Shown here: one piece after another, positions 48,700 through 62,339 of the stretch | How the letters are laid out: the number at the start of each line of letters is the position of its first letter | Numbering within the stretch: position 1 is the stretch's first letter | Assembly (NCBI RefSeq): GCF_000143415.4 | Contig: NW_003314399.1 | Location: 274,254-338,253, forward strand | Direction of reading: 5' to 3' | Length of the DNA stretch: 64,000 nucleotides | From: Selaginella moellendorffii | Lineage: Eukaryota; Plantae; Lycopodiophyta | The notes under the pieces: generated by a model | What the model was told of the DNA's origin: nothing | Seen by the model: the letters and a program-made list of their open reading frames with translations, nothing else | The model's database searches: none | Position numbers and translations under genes: made by a program

Positions 48700-51430
48700 T
48701 CTAAAAGAAGAAGAAATAGAATTTTTTTAATGTGGAAAACATAATTAACTACTCTAGAGTTCTTTTTTTCTGAGTAAATTCTCACTTGAGATTTTAGAAA
48801 ATATATTTTTCAACAGTGTGTCACAATTTTTCTAGGCATAGACAAATAAGAAAATTAAACACTTGTAACTCTTATCTTCAATTCTAGCTTAAAGAGAGCT
48901 AAAGTTAACCTTAGTGAAGAACAAATTGAGGAATTATTCAGGAAAATCTTATAAAGCTTTGATAAAGGTAGAATCACAATTAAAACATTGTGTTGTCTCA
49001 AAGCTTTGATCCAAAGTCCTTTAGTATGGACAACTAATTAAACATAGTTTGAGAGTACATTTGTCTTGAGTTTAATTTTGCTATGCATATTGCAAGACCC
49101 TATGAAACTTGAACAAGACTCACGAATTAAAAATTCAAAAGTTGTTATCATGAACCACTCTAACTGTTCGAATCATTGCACAGTTAGTACACTTAGGAAA
49201 ATAAATCAAGGCTTATCTTTTATATATAGAAAGATTACCCAAATTACAAACATTGCTTAGTGTGAAAGATGCCACTCTTTTATAGATTTTGAGAGCACTC
49301 ACATTATATTTAGCCCCATAGGGAAGAATCAAGGGCAATCATGTGAAACATGCCCTATATCTCCTAAAGTGAAGCATAGACAAAGAACAAATATACAAAT
49401 GAATAAATGTGAAAATTTGCCTTTTAGACAAATTGAGCGACGCTCAATTGCTAGGGGAAATAATCACCACTTTACTTAGTTGCAAAATAGAGTATTTTCT
49501 GTCAAATGATAATGAGCATGATGACAATTACAAGAACAATAGGCACTATCATCACATATCCATCCTTTTCTAGAATTAAAAGAGAGGACCCACAATTGCA
49601 TATTGAGCAATACATAAAAGTAATTAAACTCAATTAAGTAGATAGGCAGAAAAATAAGTTTTTCCTCTATATGCTCAAGAACAAAGTTAAAAACTGGTAC
49701 TATGACAATGAAGTCCAAAAGTTTGGCACATTTGATGAGCAGACAAAATTTTTCCTCAAATCTTTTTCCATGGAAACTAACCCAAAAGAAAACCATTATG
49801 AGTTGCAAAATTTTCATCAAGGAAAGTCTAAAACAATCGACTTGATTCAACAAACGTTATAACTATTGTAAAGACTTATCGTCAAACAAAATGCATCTAC
49901 ATTTATACATATCTATACATATAGAGCCTTAAAAAAATTTATCGTGAACATTCCAATAAAAAGAGCTCATGTAGATTTTGATAACATAAAAAAAAGCTAT
50001 GATTGCTTACCAAGATCTCATAAAACAATATGACATACTAAATATGGTAAAGTCAAATGAAAATATGACTTTTATAGATAAGGAAATTAATCATTTAAGA
50101 AGTTTCAAATTGCAAACCAATCTCAAATAAAAGATTTGGTGCACCAAATGCAAAAATGAAAGCCATAGCAAGGAAGAATACAAACTCTAGCTAATCAAGT
50201 GTTAAATTTGTAAAAGATAAAAGCATTCAACTAAGGAATTTAAAACTTTGTTTAAACAACCAAGAGGCTAATAGGCAACTTGAGATGATAAAACAATATA
50301 TATGCAAAGCTATCCACTTAGCGATAGAAGTTATTGCAGGAGAAATAATTATAATGATAATTGAAGCACTAAACATGAATACCCACACACTGAAAGGTAG
50401 GATAACCATCAAAATTATCCATATAGAAGAAATTTTTGAGATTATCCACCTAACTATGAGAAAAATAGGCTTAGAGACTATAATTGGCCTAAAAATTTTG
50501 ATCAGCCTAGAGATTATAATAGGCTTAGAGATTATGAAAGGCCAAAGGAGTATAATCAAGCTAAAACTCTTACTCATTATCTTAGAGAATACAATCAAAC
50601 AAGAATGATAGCCCTTCTAAAGATATGCAACCTATAATTAAACAAATGGAGGTAGAATAGTTAGATGCAAAAGAGTTACTTAGTGTATGTGTTATGACCA
50701 AAGCATAATGAAGAAGAATTGAATCTGAAAGTTGAGGTAAAGTGAGTGATAATGAAGTAGAAATTATCCCTAATTCTCAATAGCACCAAAAAAGAAATTT
50801 AATGTAGAAATCACTCAACAACTTCAAAACTTGCAACTACAAGTTGATTTGGAGAATAGTGAATCTAATACAGAGAGTCTTATGCCTTTACAAGCTAATA
50901 CAAATTTACCATTATCGCAAAAGGAAAATTTTATACTAAAGCTAGATGGCAAAGATGAGAAAAAACAATAAAAGACATTTTAATGCTGAAATTACACTCC
51001 CTCTAGACTAACTTTTAATTATAACATCTTAGAGTTGCATTGCTCATAAAGCTTTTGCCTAAGAAGGAAGAAATTTTAATCCCATTTATAGCTATTGTAA
51101 TGGTGATGAAGTTTCTATAATTGATATAAAAATTAACAAGAATCTATTATTTGAAAATTTTATCGATGGTGGCTCAAGCATAAATATTCTAGAAGAGAGT
51201 ATTTACAAAAAATTATGCCTAAGCCCAATTCAACCAACCTTATTTAATGTATAAATAACAAATGATTGAAGCATTAAGCCTATTGGAATTATTAGAAATG
51301 TCTTAACCAATATAGTTGGCCTAAAGTACAAACTTAATTATGTTATGCTTAAAATGACATGACAAAATTTTGCTTATAAAACTCTACTAGGCAAACCTTA
51401 GCTAAAAATTGCTTGGAAAAATGGTTTCAT
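48700..51430 (+). mobile_element. Decayed gypsy gag-protease relic
   Basis: LKNKVKNWYY...FFLKSF...ELQNFHQGKSKTI (retrotransposon gag) and NFIDGGSSINILEE...IKPIGIIRNV...LLGKP (retropepsin-like) with many stops. Confidence 0.7.
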
Positions 51431-53172
51431 GCATATAAAATAAAGGAACAGAAAAGGTTTATGCCTATTATTTCCACTATATAATTAAAAAAGAAAAATC
51501 AACCTCTCAAAACTCAAAATGCAATGCTTTATTAATGGTTTGAGTTTGGTGGATGTGTAGCAAAAAGTCAAAAAAGATTTTTTAGCAAAATTGATTGATG
51601 CCATCACTGAAGGAACTTAGTCAACTATGGTCAATAGAATGGTTAATTGGGTAGATAATATGATAACCAATTACCCAATGCTCATATTTAGGTAAGAAAT
51701 GATTATTATTGTATCAAATCTCATAGAATGAAGATAACAATAACGTTAAAAACCTTTGTTCAGACCAACAAGGTGGAGGGCAAATGTTTTAATTTTTACA
51801 AAGCTAGATATTATGGAAAAGGTTGTTTTTTTGTGAAGGATTAAGGGATGTTAATGTGAATAAAGTGAAATTTATTATGGATACAGCTCAAGAGTATTTA
51901 CAGTGGCTTTTTCATATTTTGTGATAAAGGTTCAAGAACCTCATTTTTTTTTAAAGTTTAATGGTTTTATGCACAATAAACTTATGAAAACCAAAGGGGA
52001 TATTTAGACAAACCAAGTTTCTTCACCACTCTAAACTTTAAAGATTGTGTGGCATGTGGATAAAAAAGTAACTTATGGAATGATAAAACCACTTGATTTC
52101 TTTGAAACCATATCTTATTTTTCAAAGAAGAGAAAATGATGATATTTCATCTTTAATAACTTTATTTTTGGACTCAAGTTGACTAAACATTAAACTTGTT
52201 GTTTTTGGTTTGCTTATGGGATGGTAGTGGATATACTTAGAATATGCTTCAATATTCTAGGATATTCTACCATTGTTATCCATTAAGATTAATCTTGTAT
52301 TTGTAATCTATAAACATGTTTATAATTTTTAAACTTTCTTAAACACTTTCAAGTATATTCTTTTTATTCTAAATGGTTGATATTCAATAAGATTAATCTT
52401 CTGTTTATAAACTATAAATGTGCTTATAATTATAAAATTTATTAGATCAATTGGATTAATAAGTAAGAATAAGCAAACCAAGCATTGCTATATGCAACAC
52501 ATAGCAAATTATTAATCTAATTTAAGAATATTTTATGAGAGAATACAATAATGACTATATGAACTTTGATCCAGTTATAAGCATACATAGTAAAGATCCA
52601 CTAGTGTCGTACTAAAAAGTTATGAACCAACTTATTTGCCACTTATAGCAAACCTAAAGGAATTTTATTTTTACCTATGACACTATAGTAATAACTCATC
52701 CAATAAATTAACATTAATCTTGTCAACTCATTAAATTGCTAATGTAATTAATATATCTCAATAAGTATAAGCAAAACTTTATACAATATGGTAGATGACT
52801 TCCTAAAAAGTCCAAATTCAAAAATTTGTATTTGGGGTCATATGTTTAAATTGATATTTGGCTTGTCATAAGATTTAACCAAGAACCCAATTTTAAGCAA
52901 GTCCTATCGAGTGAGTTTGGGCAATATTTTTTGTCGCTCAATAAAATTTAAACTCAAAAATGCATAGCCTTAAAAAGTTAAGTCCTATGACACTGCAAAC
53001 ATTCAAAAACTAGCTTGAGAAAAGAAAGAAAAATGCATAAATCTCTTTATATTTAAATGTTAATGAATCATTTTTCAAATTGTTCTTTTTAATTACTTAC
53101 AACTAACTTATTTTATTCTTTTTATATAAATAAACAAATGAGATAACATTTCAATAGACTTTATTATTAGTT

Positions 53173-53272
53173 NNNNNNNNNNNNNNNNNNNNNNNNNNNN
53201 NNNNNNNNNNNNNNNNNNNNNNNNNNNNNNNNNNNNNNNNNNNNNNNNNNNNNNNNNNNNNNNNNNNNNNNN
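53173..53272. other. Assembly gap (100 N)
   Basis: N run. Confidence 1.
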
Positions 53273-53899
53273 CTATCTAGATTGTTATGGATTAGTTAAC
53301 AGCTTCTCAATGAAAATGAAGATGACAATTTAACCTTTTATACTTTATACTTTTATACTTGTTTGTACTGATTATGGTGAGCCTGGGAGTGATTAGGATC
53401 TGCAAATAGAAAGTTCACTGTAAACCTATTTCACAAATACCTTGGCAAAAATAACACAACATGTTTGGCAGCAGTCATGCCATTCCCATCACAATCTCTT
53501 TGCATGAAGGCTGAATGCGTTCAGCCCTGAAATTGAACGTTCCATGCTTGATCTGGGAGTGGGACGTATGTGAGATTTTGGGATGAAATCATTGCAATGA
53601 TCTGATATTCTCTCACAGTAGAATTAGTGCTCGATATGGATAATCACCCACCAGAACTGGCAACATTTTCCAAAGAACATGAGATAATCTTCATATATAG
53701 CATACCTTCATCTTAGTTGTTCTTATCCATTGTTCATGAATGGTTCTAGTACCAAAATCCATGCGTTTCCACTGCCTACAACTCTTTGTAGCTTGCAAAT
53801 GGCGTGAACACACAGTTCAATTATGATTCATGGGTATTTAACCACATAGGAAATGGATCTTCTGACCATCTCAGGCTAAACGACACTTGAGGGTTTTAG

Positions 53900-54530
53900 A
53901 GCACGATATCGGAGCGCTGCTGCTCGCCTCGCTTGCTAATGACGCTTCAGCTCAGTTTGTTAGTGAGTTTAACTCTCTTGCTTGTTCTGGGTTTACTGTC
54001 AAGACCTTGTTTGATCTCGACAAGCACTTGGTAAATGCCTTTGGCTTGTATATGGACCTGCGGAACAAGTTTGTGTTGGCGCTCGATTCTAGTGGCAATC
54101 GTATATGGAAGCTGAGACTGCCACTCTCGCACGCTACTGACGATCCTCATACCCTTGGGGAGCGTCTGGAAGAGGCGCCACTCGCTGCACGGGGAATTCT
54201 CGACTGGAGTAAGCACTAGAGGCTTTTCTTATGCTTTGTTTTGTGGCGCCAAAGCTTAAGAATTTTTTTTCCTCTAGATAGCAGCTTGGAAGCTCTTGCC
54301 GGTTCACTCGTGGGGGAGTCCGGCTATGTCGACGGCCCCGCGGCAAAGTCACTTTTTAATCGCCCACAAAGCCTTGCTATTTGTGACAATGGCGGGGTCC
54401 TTGGGTGGATACGAGGAACTTGGCTATACACAAAAGCAGCAAGGATGGCGAAGGTATTTTCGTTTTCTCTTTTAAAATTCTCTAGAACATTTTTTCTGTT
54501 TCCAACAGTGACCACCATTGCCGGAGGTAG
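53900..54530 (+). pseudogene. Truncated inverted NHL-repeat gene copy
   Basis: Same exons 1-2 and start of exon 3 (TTIAGG), no ATG, ~75-nt insertion at the end of exon 1, deletion in exon 2, ends abruptly at 54530. Confidence 0.8.
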
Positions 54531-55029
54531 ATTACATTTTATCTTTCAAAAAAGAGAAAATGAAGGAATTTAGGGCTTGTTGATTTCATTGGAATTGTTC
54601 TTTTTAGGGGGGGGATGCTGATCCTAATGAAGAGTATGGGTCATGATGAGGATGAAGAGACTATTGATGACATTATTTTAAACAAGAGCCAAATTAAAAG
54701 TTCAAAATGACATTAAGGAGGTGAATAGACTCAATGTATAGCTTGACTTTGGATGTAGAATTTCTAAGAACACACATATAAAAAAAAACCAATCTATCTA
54801 CAATCATCTATATTCCAAAACTAGAGCTAGAGAAAAAAGCTAGTTTGCCTCCTTGTTCTTATCTATACCAGATCTCTCACACTTCAATATAGTAGTGCCC
54901 CTCAAATCAATGTCCCCTATCTAAAGGAAACTACCAATCATCTCATATCCAGGCTGCCCCAAAAATCCTTCATGTGGAGCTTGTGGACTCTTCCCTCTTT
55001 GCACAAAAGCACCAGCTAAGCCTGAGTGT

Positions 55030-55500
55030 TTGGCTGCCAGCTTGCTTGTAGAGCTTGAGAGCAAAGGTGGACATTTTGAGACATATTCTCAATATATCCC
55101 ACGAAACAATGTTTTTCTGCAATTCCAGCATCTCATTACATCCAATAGAAGAGCTCAAAGTGCATGTCCCATGATGATTATATTCCATACAACCAACGTT
55201 GTGGTTCTTCATCCTCCCAAATACTTCTGATGCTTCCACATGTCCATGAGGCTGCTCATGACAAATACATCAGCTTCATATCCACAATTTGCACCCATCC
55301 TGCATGAATCTTCCATGCTCCCACACCTTGCATACAGATCCACCAGACTCCTTGCCACGAACATGTCAAGATCATAGCCCACCTTGCAAGCTGCCGAATG
55401 AAGAGCCATTCCTTTCTCGGCTTTGTCATTTTCTTTAGCTGCTCCCAAGTACTGCGAAAACTTGCTGAGCATGCCACACTTGGGAGTAGAGTCCAAGAGG
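55030..55500 (-). pseudogene. PPR gene relic (copy B)
   Basis: GMALHSAACKVGYDLDMFVARSLVDLYARCGSMEDS, GYEADVFVMSSLMDM, frameshifted. Confidence 0.7.
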
Positions 55501-57537
55501 TTTAGAATGTGGAATCTTTTGTCTGCGTATAAAACTTCTTAAAGTTAATACATTGTTGCAGTCCAGAACTAAGCTTACCTCTTTTGCTCATCAAAAATCT
55601 AGTTTCCATCCTGGAATCAGCTGGCATGCTTCTCAAGTTGACAACCTTGCTACTACATGCTGGAAAAAGAGATCAAGTGCCAAGCTACCTTTGGATCTAT
55701 GAGTGGAGATGAAATATTGCAGGTCTACATGCAAATTCTTGCCAATACAAATTGTTGCTCCTGAACTCACAATGATAGTCAGCCTCTTGCTGTACCCACA
55801 CAACAACTCCTCTTTTTCTTTGTCAGGAATGTTCCATGCAATGGCCCCTACGTCTGAAACCTACCTTTGATCCTTGAGAGCAGCCTTGAGAAGCCATCTT
55901 GTCCCTATGTGCGTGAGTTTTATCCCATAAGTACAAACTTATGAATGATTCCACGTTTGTCAGTGTCCAAGCTTCTTCTGAACTTTGCCTACAGTTCCAT
56001 ATGCACGTAGGCTGCAGCTTGCTTCTTGTCTGGCTATAACATTCTTCCACTTCCCAAGTGATCATGGTCGGCTTGAAACAGAGCGAAATGCCAAACCAAC
56101 ACTCCTTTTTTTCTTATAATTTTTATAACCATTTTGGTATCCACTACATACTATTTAAATTATAGCCTTTCCATTCTCCAATTAAACTTCTAGCATATAA
56201 AGTATTGTCAAAAAAAGTAAAATTATTATGAATTTTGGGCAAAATATTGGGGGAGATGATGTTCAATTCCTGGAGAAGTATGATCCTCATCACTGCCAGT
56301 CCTCAAAAGCTGGTGGAATGAAAGGCTGTTGTGAGGATACTCTTAGAAATGGTTGTAAGGATTTTTCTTGGCATTACTGAATAATGGATTGGTTTTGGGA
56401 GCCAAGAAAGTATTGAGACAAAAATGAATTTTGAACTTTCTAGAGGATGCAAAAAGCTTGGGTTATGCTGATTATTTAATGCATTAAATTTTATTTCTAC
56501 TTTTATTTATTAAAAAGGAAGAATAATGTTTGAAGGAGATTAAGTGGATTTATAGTTGATTTTGTCATCTTTTATTAGTTAAGCTGCTATGAACCAATTT
56601 CAAGGTCGGCAGGCCTGTTAAAAAGAAAAGAGAACTCTTCCGAGGGCTCCTATCTCTAGATTTGTCGGCATTACCACCCACTTCCTTGTCCCAATTTGAG
56701 AATATTAACTGGATTCCCTTTCGATGGGTAGCAAGCTCAACAACTTTACAATAGACTAGATATGTCAAAAAGAGGGTTAGTATTTGCTAGTTTTTAACCT
56801 TGAGTTAGCTCTAAAGGAACAATGATCCTAAAAGATGGGGAAGTCCTGTGTGAAGGGCATAATGTGTGCTTACCTACGATCAGCTCATTGCCTGGGTTGC
56901 TGTGTCGGCCAAGCCAGCATCGCTACACTCAGTGAGGATGAAGTGAAAGCAATCACGTCCGGTTTTAAGACTTCCAGAACAAAGCCGCAGGTGACCATAA
57001 CTCGGCAGTCCTTCGCAATACTACATGCTCAGCACCAGTGATACTCTCGCTTTGAGTTGGCCACGGACGCAATGACTTCGTCTCTATATCTGGAGATAGT
57101 CAAGTGAATTACCTTCCCAATTGCCAGAGCTGCCCAAGCCTTCAGTTCTGCCACGAAAGTTTATCAGCATCCGCTGAAACAGCTCGTCCGGTTCGTTGTG
57201 CTGAGCATAGCCGGCAATCAAGATAGTCCGATGTTGCTTCCGGGGTATTCATTTAAAAACTTGACGAGGCTTCGACACCTTGCATAGAGATTGTCGCGAT
57301 GAATATAACCTTTGCAGATCGACGAAGCTCTCTGTGTCTTCTTCACTCCAAACACTGGAACAGGTCTTCCAATGCAGTATCAACCGCTTGAGCGTCCAGA
57401 TCACAGCCTCGGTACTTCATGAGAGCAAGGCATCGTCCGTTGGTGCCGTTTAGAGCGAAGCCAGAGTGCATTCTAGACCACACTAATCCCGCCGCTTAAA
57501 CCTCTCGAGCACTCGCTATGCTGGTAGCACCGTACTT

Positions 57538-58335
57538 TCACAAGCTCATAGTCAGAGAATCGTCTTCCTCCTGTGCGTTTAGCACTTTAATCCTCCACTC
57601 GGGCTCTTTCTTCTCAGTCAGAGAATCGTCCACCACAACTGCCAGAGGATTCACTTCGATCCGCCACTGAGGGTCCTGAAAGATCGCATTCCTGCGCTGT
57701 TTCCTTCGAGATAACATCCATCGCACTAGCAAAAAGCACGCAAGCAGCACCAAGACCGCAACCAAAACCCAGAGAAGAAGCTGGAGCAGCGACCAGGGCG
57801 TCCTCCGAGCCACTGTAACCACTGCCGCGGGTGTCGGTGTGGCCATCGCTGCGTTGTGACCGTCGGGACGATGGTGGTGGTGGTGGTGGTGGTAGTGGCG
57901 GCCTCCATGATGGTGACCATGGTGATGGTGGTGAACAACCAGAGGAGCTCCATCACCGTGATGATGATGGTACACCGCTGCTGCTGGAGCACGATCGTGG
58001 TGGCGAGCATGATCAAGGAGAGCAGGCGCTGGAGCTCGATCACCAGGGTGGTGGCCGCGAGCATGAACGAAAGCAGCTGGCGCTGGAGCCGGAGCTGGAA
58101 CTGGAGCGCCACCTTGAAGAACTGGAGCTAAAGCTGGCGCTGGCTCGTGGCCTCCATGAGATGCTCGAGGACAGTGGTGTCCATGCGCTGCTCGATGCGG
58201 TGGAGCTGGAGCTGGAGCTCGCGGGTGTGAAGCTCGGTGATGGCCGCCATGCCAGGGCGCTTGAGCTCGGCGGCCAAGCGTTGGAGGCTCATGATCGCGA
58301 GAGACCGTAGCTTCTTGATGGAGAGAAGCATCCAT
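57538..58335 (-). CDS. His-rich, Pro/Ala-repeat (AGP-like) single-pass membrane protein, copy 2
   Basis: 265-aa ORF nearly identical to 44450-45292; all indels in frame. Confidence 0.7.
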   Translation of the reverse strand: MDASLHQEATVSRDHEPPTLGRRAQAPWHGGHHRASHPRAPAPAPPHRAAHGHHCPRASHGGHEPAPALAPVLQGGAPVPAPAPAPAAFVHARGHHPGDRAPAPALLDHARHHDRAPAAAVYHHHHGDGAPLVVHHHHHGHHHGGRHYHHHHHHHRPDGHNAAMATPTPAAVVTVARRTPWSLLQLLLWVLVAVLVLLACFLLVRWMLSRRKQRRNAIFQDPQWRIEVNPLAVVVDDSLTEKKEPEWRIKVLNAQEEDDSLTMSL

Positions 58336-58499
58336 ACCTGACGAAACCGCGCGTTCCGACGTCTCGAATAGAAAAATCCAAGCGAGAAAGTATAACCTAA
58401 CCCTTGACTTGGAAAAAAATAGTAATACTTTTATAGTAATAGTAATACTTTAAACCTTTGTGAAAAAAGAGAATGGTTTTTACGCTGTGGATTGCGCGG

Positions 58500-58645
58500 C
58501 GAGTTGGATCCTCCCCAAAGTCATCGTCGTCATGGAAGCGTCCCGGTACTGCTGGTACTCGGTCACCAGATCGTTGAGATTGCTCTCCGCCTCAGAGAAC
58601 TCGAGCACGTCCATCTCCTCAGCCGGCCGGAACATGAGCGTCAAC
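58500..58645 (-). pseudogene. Beta-tubulin C-terminal fragment, copy 2
   Basis: [35 protein letters not shown], then acidic tail DDDDFGED in a shifted frame. Confidence 0.85.
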
Positions 58646-58707
58646 TTATTTGTAAAACAATGGACTATTCAAGAAGAGTGGAAAAACAAAGTTTGTGTGA
58701 GCACATT

Positions 58708-60029
58708 CTTAGCTGTGGTTGAGCTTGTCCTTGAATTCCTACTGGAACTTCTCCAAACACTCAAGCACCATAGTCAAATTCCTCAAATCCGGAAAAGGAA
58801 GAGGGCGAGAAGGAGCAACAGAAGCGTCCAAGTTGGGAGAGTTTCAGTTGGCTTCGTTTTTACTTCGTGTGCAACACCAAAGAAGACAGACCCGAGGAGC
58901 TGTGCCTGATGACATACAAGCAGGAAAAGACTAAAGACGGCGCTAGCAAGCTCGCTTCTGCTGCCAAACTTGCAGATCATCGTCCTCTGGAACGTCTGCC
59001 AGCAATCTTTCAGTGTTTCCCAGCTGATCGCCTGCCTAGAAATATTTTCATAAGAGTCACCAGCTTTGCTCGTGAAACTTACTTGCCGGCGTCGCTGATC
59101 AAGTATCTTCCAGATTATAAAAGCTCCAAGCAGCACTACGGGAATTAAAGCCCATTTTTGTGATCCTGATCATGAAATCAGCAAAAAGCAGGAGTTTTAA
59201 ATCCAATCGAAAGAAAAAAATCCAGGTAAAGGATGAGAAGTCACCTGAAACGGCTGAATCGCTTGAATCACACGAGTTTGGATCATCGATTTGTATCTCG
59301 CGAATCAGCCGGTTCCCGCGATCGGCTATGAGTAAGGAGCCACAAGAACACGCCAAGCTAAACTCGCCTGAGAAACGAGCTGTGTCTCCGGCAAAGCCTG
59401 GCTTTCGAGAGCTACCTCCGGCAATGGTGGTCACTGTTGAAACTATAAAACATGTTCTAGAGATTTTTAAAAGAGTAAACGAACCTACCTTCGCCATCCT
59501 TGCTGATTTTGCGTATAGCCAAGTTCCTCGTATCCGCCACAAAGACCGCGCCATTGTCGCAAATAGCAAGGCTTTGTGGGCGATTAAAAAGTGACTTTGC
59601 CGCGGGGCCGTCGACATAGCCGGACTCCCCCACGAATGAACCGGCAAAAGCTTCCAAGCTGCTGTCTAGAGGAAAAAAAGAAATCTTAAGCTTTGGAGCC
59701 ACAAAACAAAGCATAAGAAAAGCTTCTCCAACTGCGTGATAGTTCTCTGCGTGATAGTTCTAGTGCTTACTCTGCGAGAGTGGCAGTCTCAGCTTCCATA
59801 TGCGATTGCCACTGGAATCAAGCGCCAACACAAACTTGTTCCGTGGGTCCGGCTACAAGCCTAAGGCATTTACTGAGTGCTTGCCGAGATCAAACAAGGT
59901 CTTGACAGTAAACCCAGAACAAAAGTTTTGAGCAAGAGCGTTAAACTCACGAACAAACTGAGCTGAAGCGTCATTAGCAAGCGAGGCGAGCAGCAGCGCT
60001 CCGATGATCCAGGCCGAGCTGTTCTTCAT
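58708..60029 (-). pseudogene. NHL-repeat membrane protein gene, disabled copy
   Basis: Has ATG (MKNSSAW, signal peptide) and intact exons 2-3 (SLLIADRGNRLIREIQ), but TAG at 59853-59855 in exon 1 and a 24-nt deletion in the transmembrane segment. Confidence 0.75.
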
Positions 60030-61391
60030 ATCGTGCTCTAAAACCCTCAAGCGTCGTTTAGCCTGAGATGGTTAGAAGATCCATTTCCTATGTGGTTAAA
60101 TACCCATGAATCATAATTGAACTGTGTGTTCACGCCATTTGCAAGCTACAAAGAGTTATCATCAAGCAAGGCAGTGGAAACGCATGGATTTTGGTACTAG
60201 AACCATTCATGAACAATGGATAAGAACAACTAAGATGAAGGTATGCTATATATGAAGATTATCTCATGTTCTTTGGAAAATGTTGCCAGTTCTGGTGGGT
60301 GATTATCCATATCGAGCACTAATTCTACTGTGAGAGAATATCAGATCATTGCAATGATTTCATCCCAAAATCTCACATACGTCCCACTCCCAGATCAAGC
60401 ATGGAACGTTCAATTTCAGGGCTGAACGCATTCAGCCTTCATGCAAAGAGATTGTGATGGGAATGGCATGACTGCTGCCAAACATGTTGTGTTATTTTTG
60501 CCAAGGTATTTGTGAAATAGGTTTACAGTGAACTTTCTATTTGCAGATCCTAATCACTCCCAGGCTCACCATAATCAGTACAAACAAGTATAAAAGTATA
60601 AAGTATAAAAGGTTAAATTGTCATCTTCATTTTCATTGAGAAGCTGTTAACTAATCCATAACAATCTAGATAGCATTATTTCCTTAAAACATTTTGTGCA
60701 AACTAATGATAAATTCTATTGAAATGTTATCTCATTTGTTTATTTATATAAAAAGAATAAAATAAGTTAGTTGTAAGTAATTAAAAAGAACAATTTGAAA
60801 AATGATTCATTAACATTTAAATATAAAGAGATTTATGCATTTTTCTTTCTTTTCTCAAGCTAGTTTTTGAATGTTTGCAGTGTCATAGGACTTAACTTTT
60901 TAAGGCTATGCATTTTTGAGTTTAAATACTACTGAGTTACAAAATATATTGCCCAAACTCACTCGATAGTACTTGCTTAAAATTGGGTTCTTGGTTAAAT
61001 CTTATGACAAGCCAAATATCAATTTAAACATATGACCCCAAATACAAATTTTTGAATTTGGACTTTTTAGGAAGTCATCTACCATATTGTATAAAGTTTT
61101 GCTTATACTTATTGAGATATATTAATTACATTAGCAATTTAATGAGTTGACAAGATTAATGTTAATTTATTGGATGAGTTATTACTATAGTGTCATAGGT
61201 AAAAATAAAATTCCTTTAGGTTTGCTATAAGTGGCAAATAAGTTGGTTCATAACTTTTTAGTACGACACTAGTGGATCTTTACTATGTATGCTTATAACT
61301 GGATCAAAGTTCATATAGTCATTATTGTATTCTCTCATAAAATATTCTTAAATTAGATTAATAATTTGCTATGTGTTGCATATAGCAATGC

Positions 61392-61668
61392 TTGGTTTGC
61401 TTATTCTTACTTATTAATCCAATTGATCTAATAAATTTTATAATTATAAGCACATTTATAGTTTATAAACAGAAGATTAATCTTATTGAATATCAACCAT
61501 TTAGAATAAAAAGAATATACTTGAAAGTGTTTAAGAAAGTTTAAAAATTATAAACATGTTTATAGATTACAAATACAAGATTAATCTTAATGGATAACAA
61601 TGGTAGAATATCCTAGAATATTGAAGCATATTCTAAGTATATCCACTACCATCCCATAAGCAAACCAA
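61392..61668. mobile_element. MITE-like insertion with 13-bp terminal inverted repeats
   Basis: TTGGTTTGCTTAT ... ATAAGCAAACCAA; internal repeated AAGATTAATCTT; absent from the homologous position at ~39960; mirrored at ~52205-52481. Confidence 0.5.
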
Positions 61669-62339
61669 AAACAACAAGTTTAATGTTTAGTCAACTTGAG
61701 TCCAAAAATAAAGTTATTAAAGATGAAATATCATCATTTTCTCTTCTTTGAAAAATAAGATATGGTTTCAAAGAAATCAAGTGGTTTTATCATTCCATAA
61801 GTTACTTTTTTATCCACATGCCACACAATCTTTAAAGTTTAGAGTGGTGAAGAAACTTGGTTTGTCTAAATATCCCCTTTGGTTTTCATAAGTTTATTGT
61901 GCATAAAACCATTAAACTTTAAAAAAAAATGAGGTTCTTGAACCTTTATCACAAAATATGAAAAAGCCACTGTAAATACTCTTGAGCTGTATCCATAATA
62001 AATTTCACTTTATTCACATTAACATCCCTTAATCCTTCACAAAAAAACAACCTTTTCCATAATATCTAGCTTTGTAAAAATTAAAACATTTGCCCTCCAC
62101 CTTGTTGGTCTGAACAAAGGTTTTTAACGTTATTGTTATCTTCATTCTATGAGATTTGATACAATAATAATCATTTCTTACCTAAATATGAGCATTGGGT
62201 AATTGGTTATCATATTATCTACCCAATTAACCATTATATTGACCATAGTTGACTAAGTTGCTTCAATGATGGCATCAATCAATTTTGCTAGAAATTGTTT
62301 TTTTACTTTTTGCTACACATCCACCAAACTCAAACCATT

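Larger units (their letters stand above)
51534..54530 (-). repeat. Inverted copy of 59412-62339
   Basis: Reverse complement matches, e.g. 51534 AATGGTTTTGAGTTTGGTGGATGTGTAGC vs 62312-62339, and 53273-53890 vs 60050-60672 nearly letter for letter; contains a 100-N gap. Confidence 0.9.
54567..62339 (+). repeat. Segmental duplication unit, copy B
   Basis: Direct repeat of 40853-47850; distal AT-rich part also matches 39370-40610. Confidence 0.9.
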
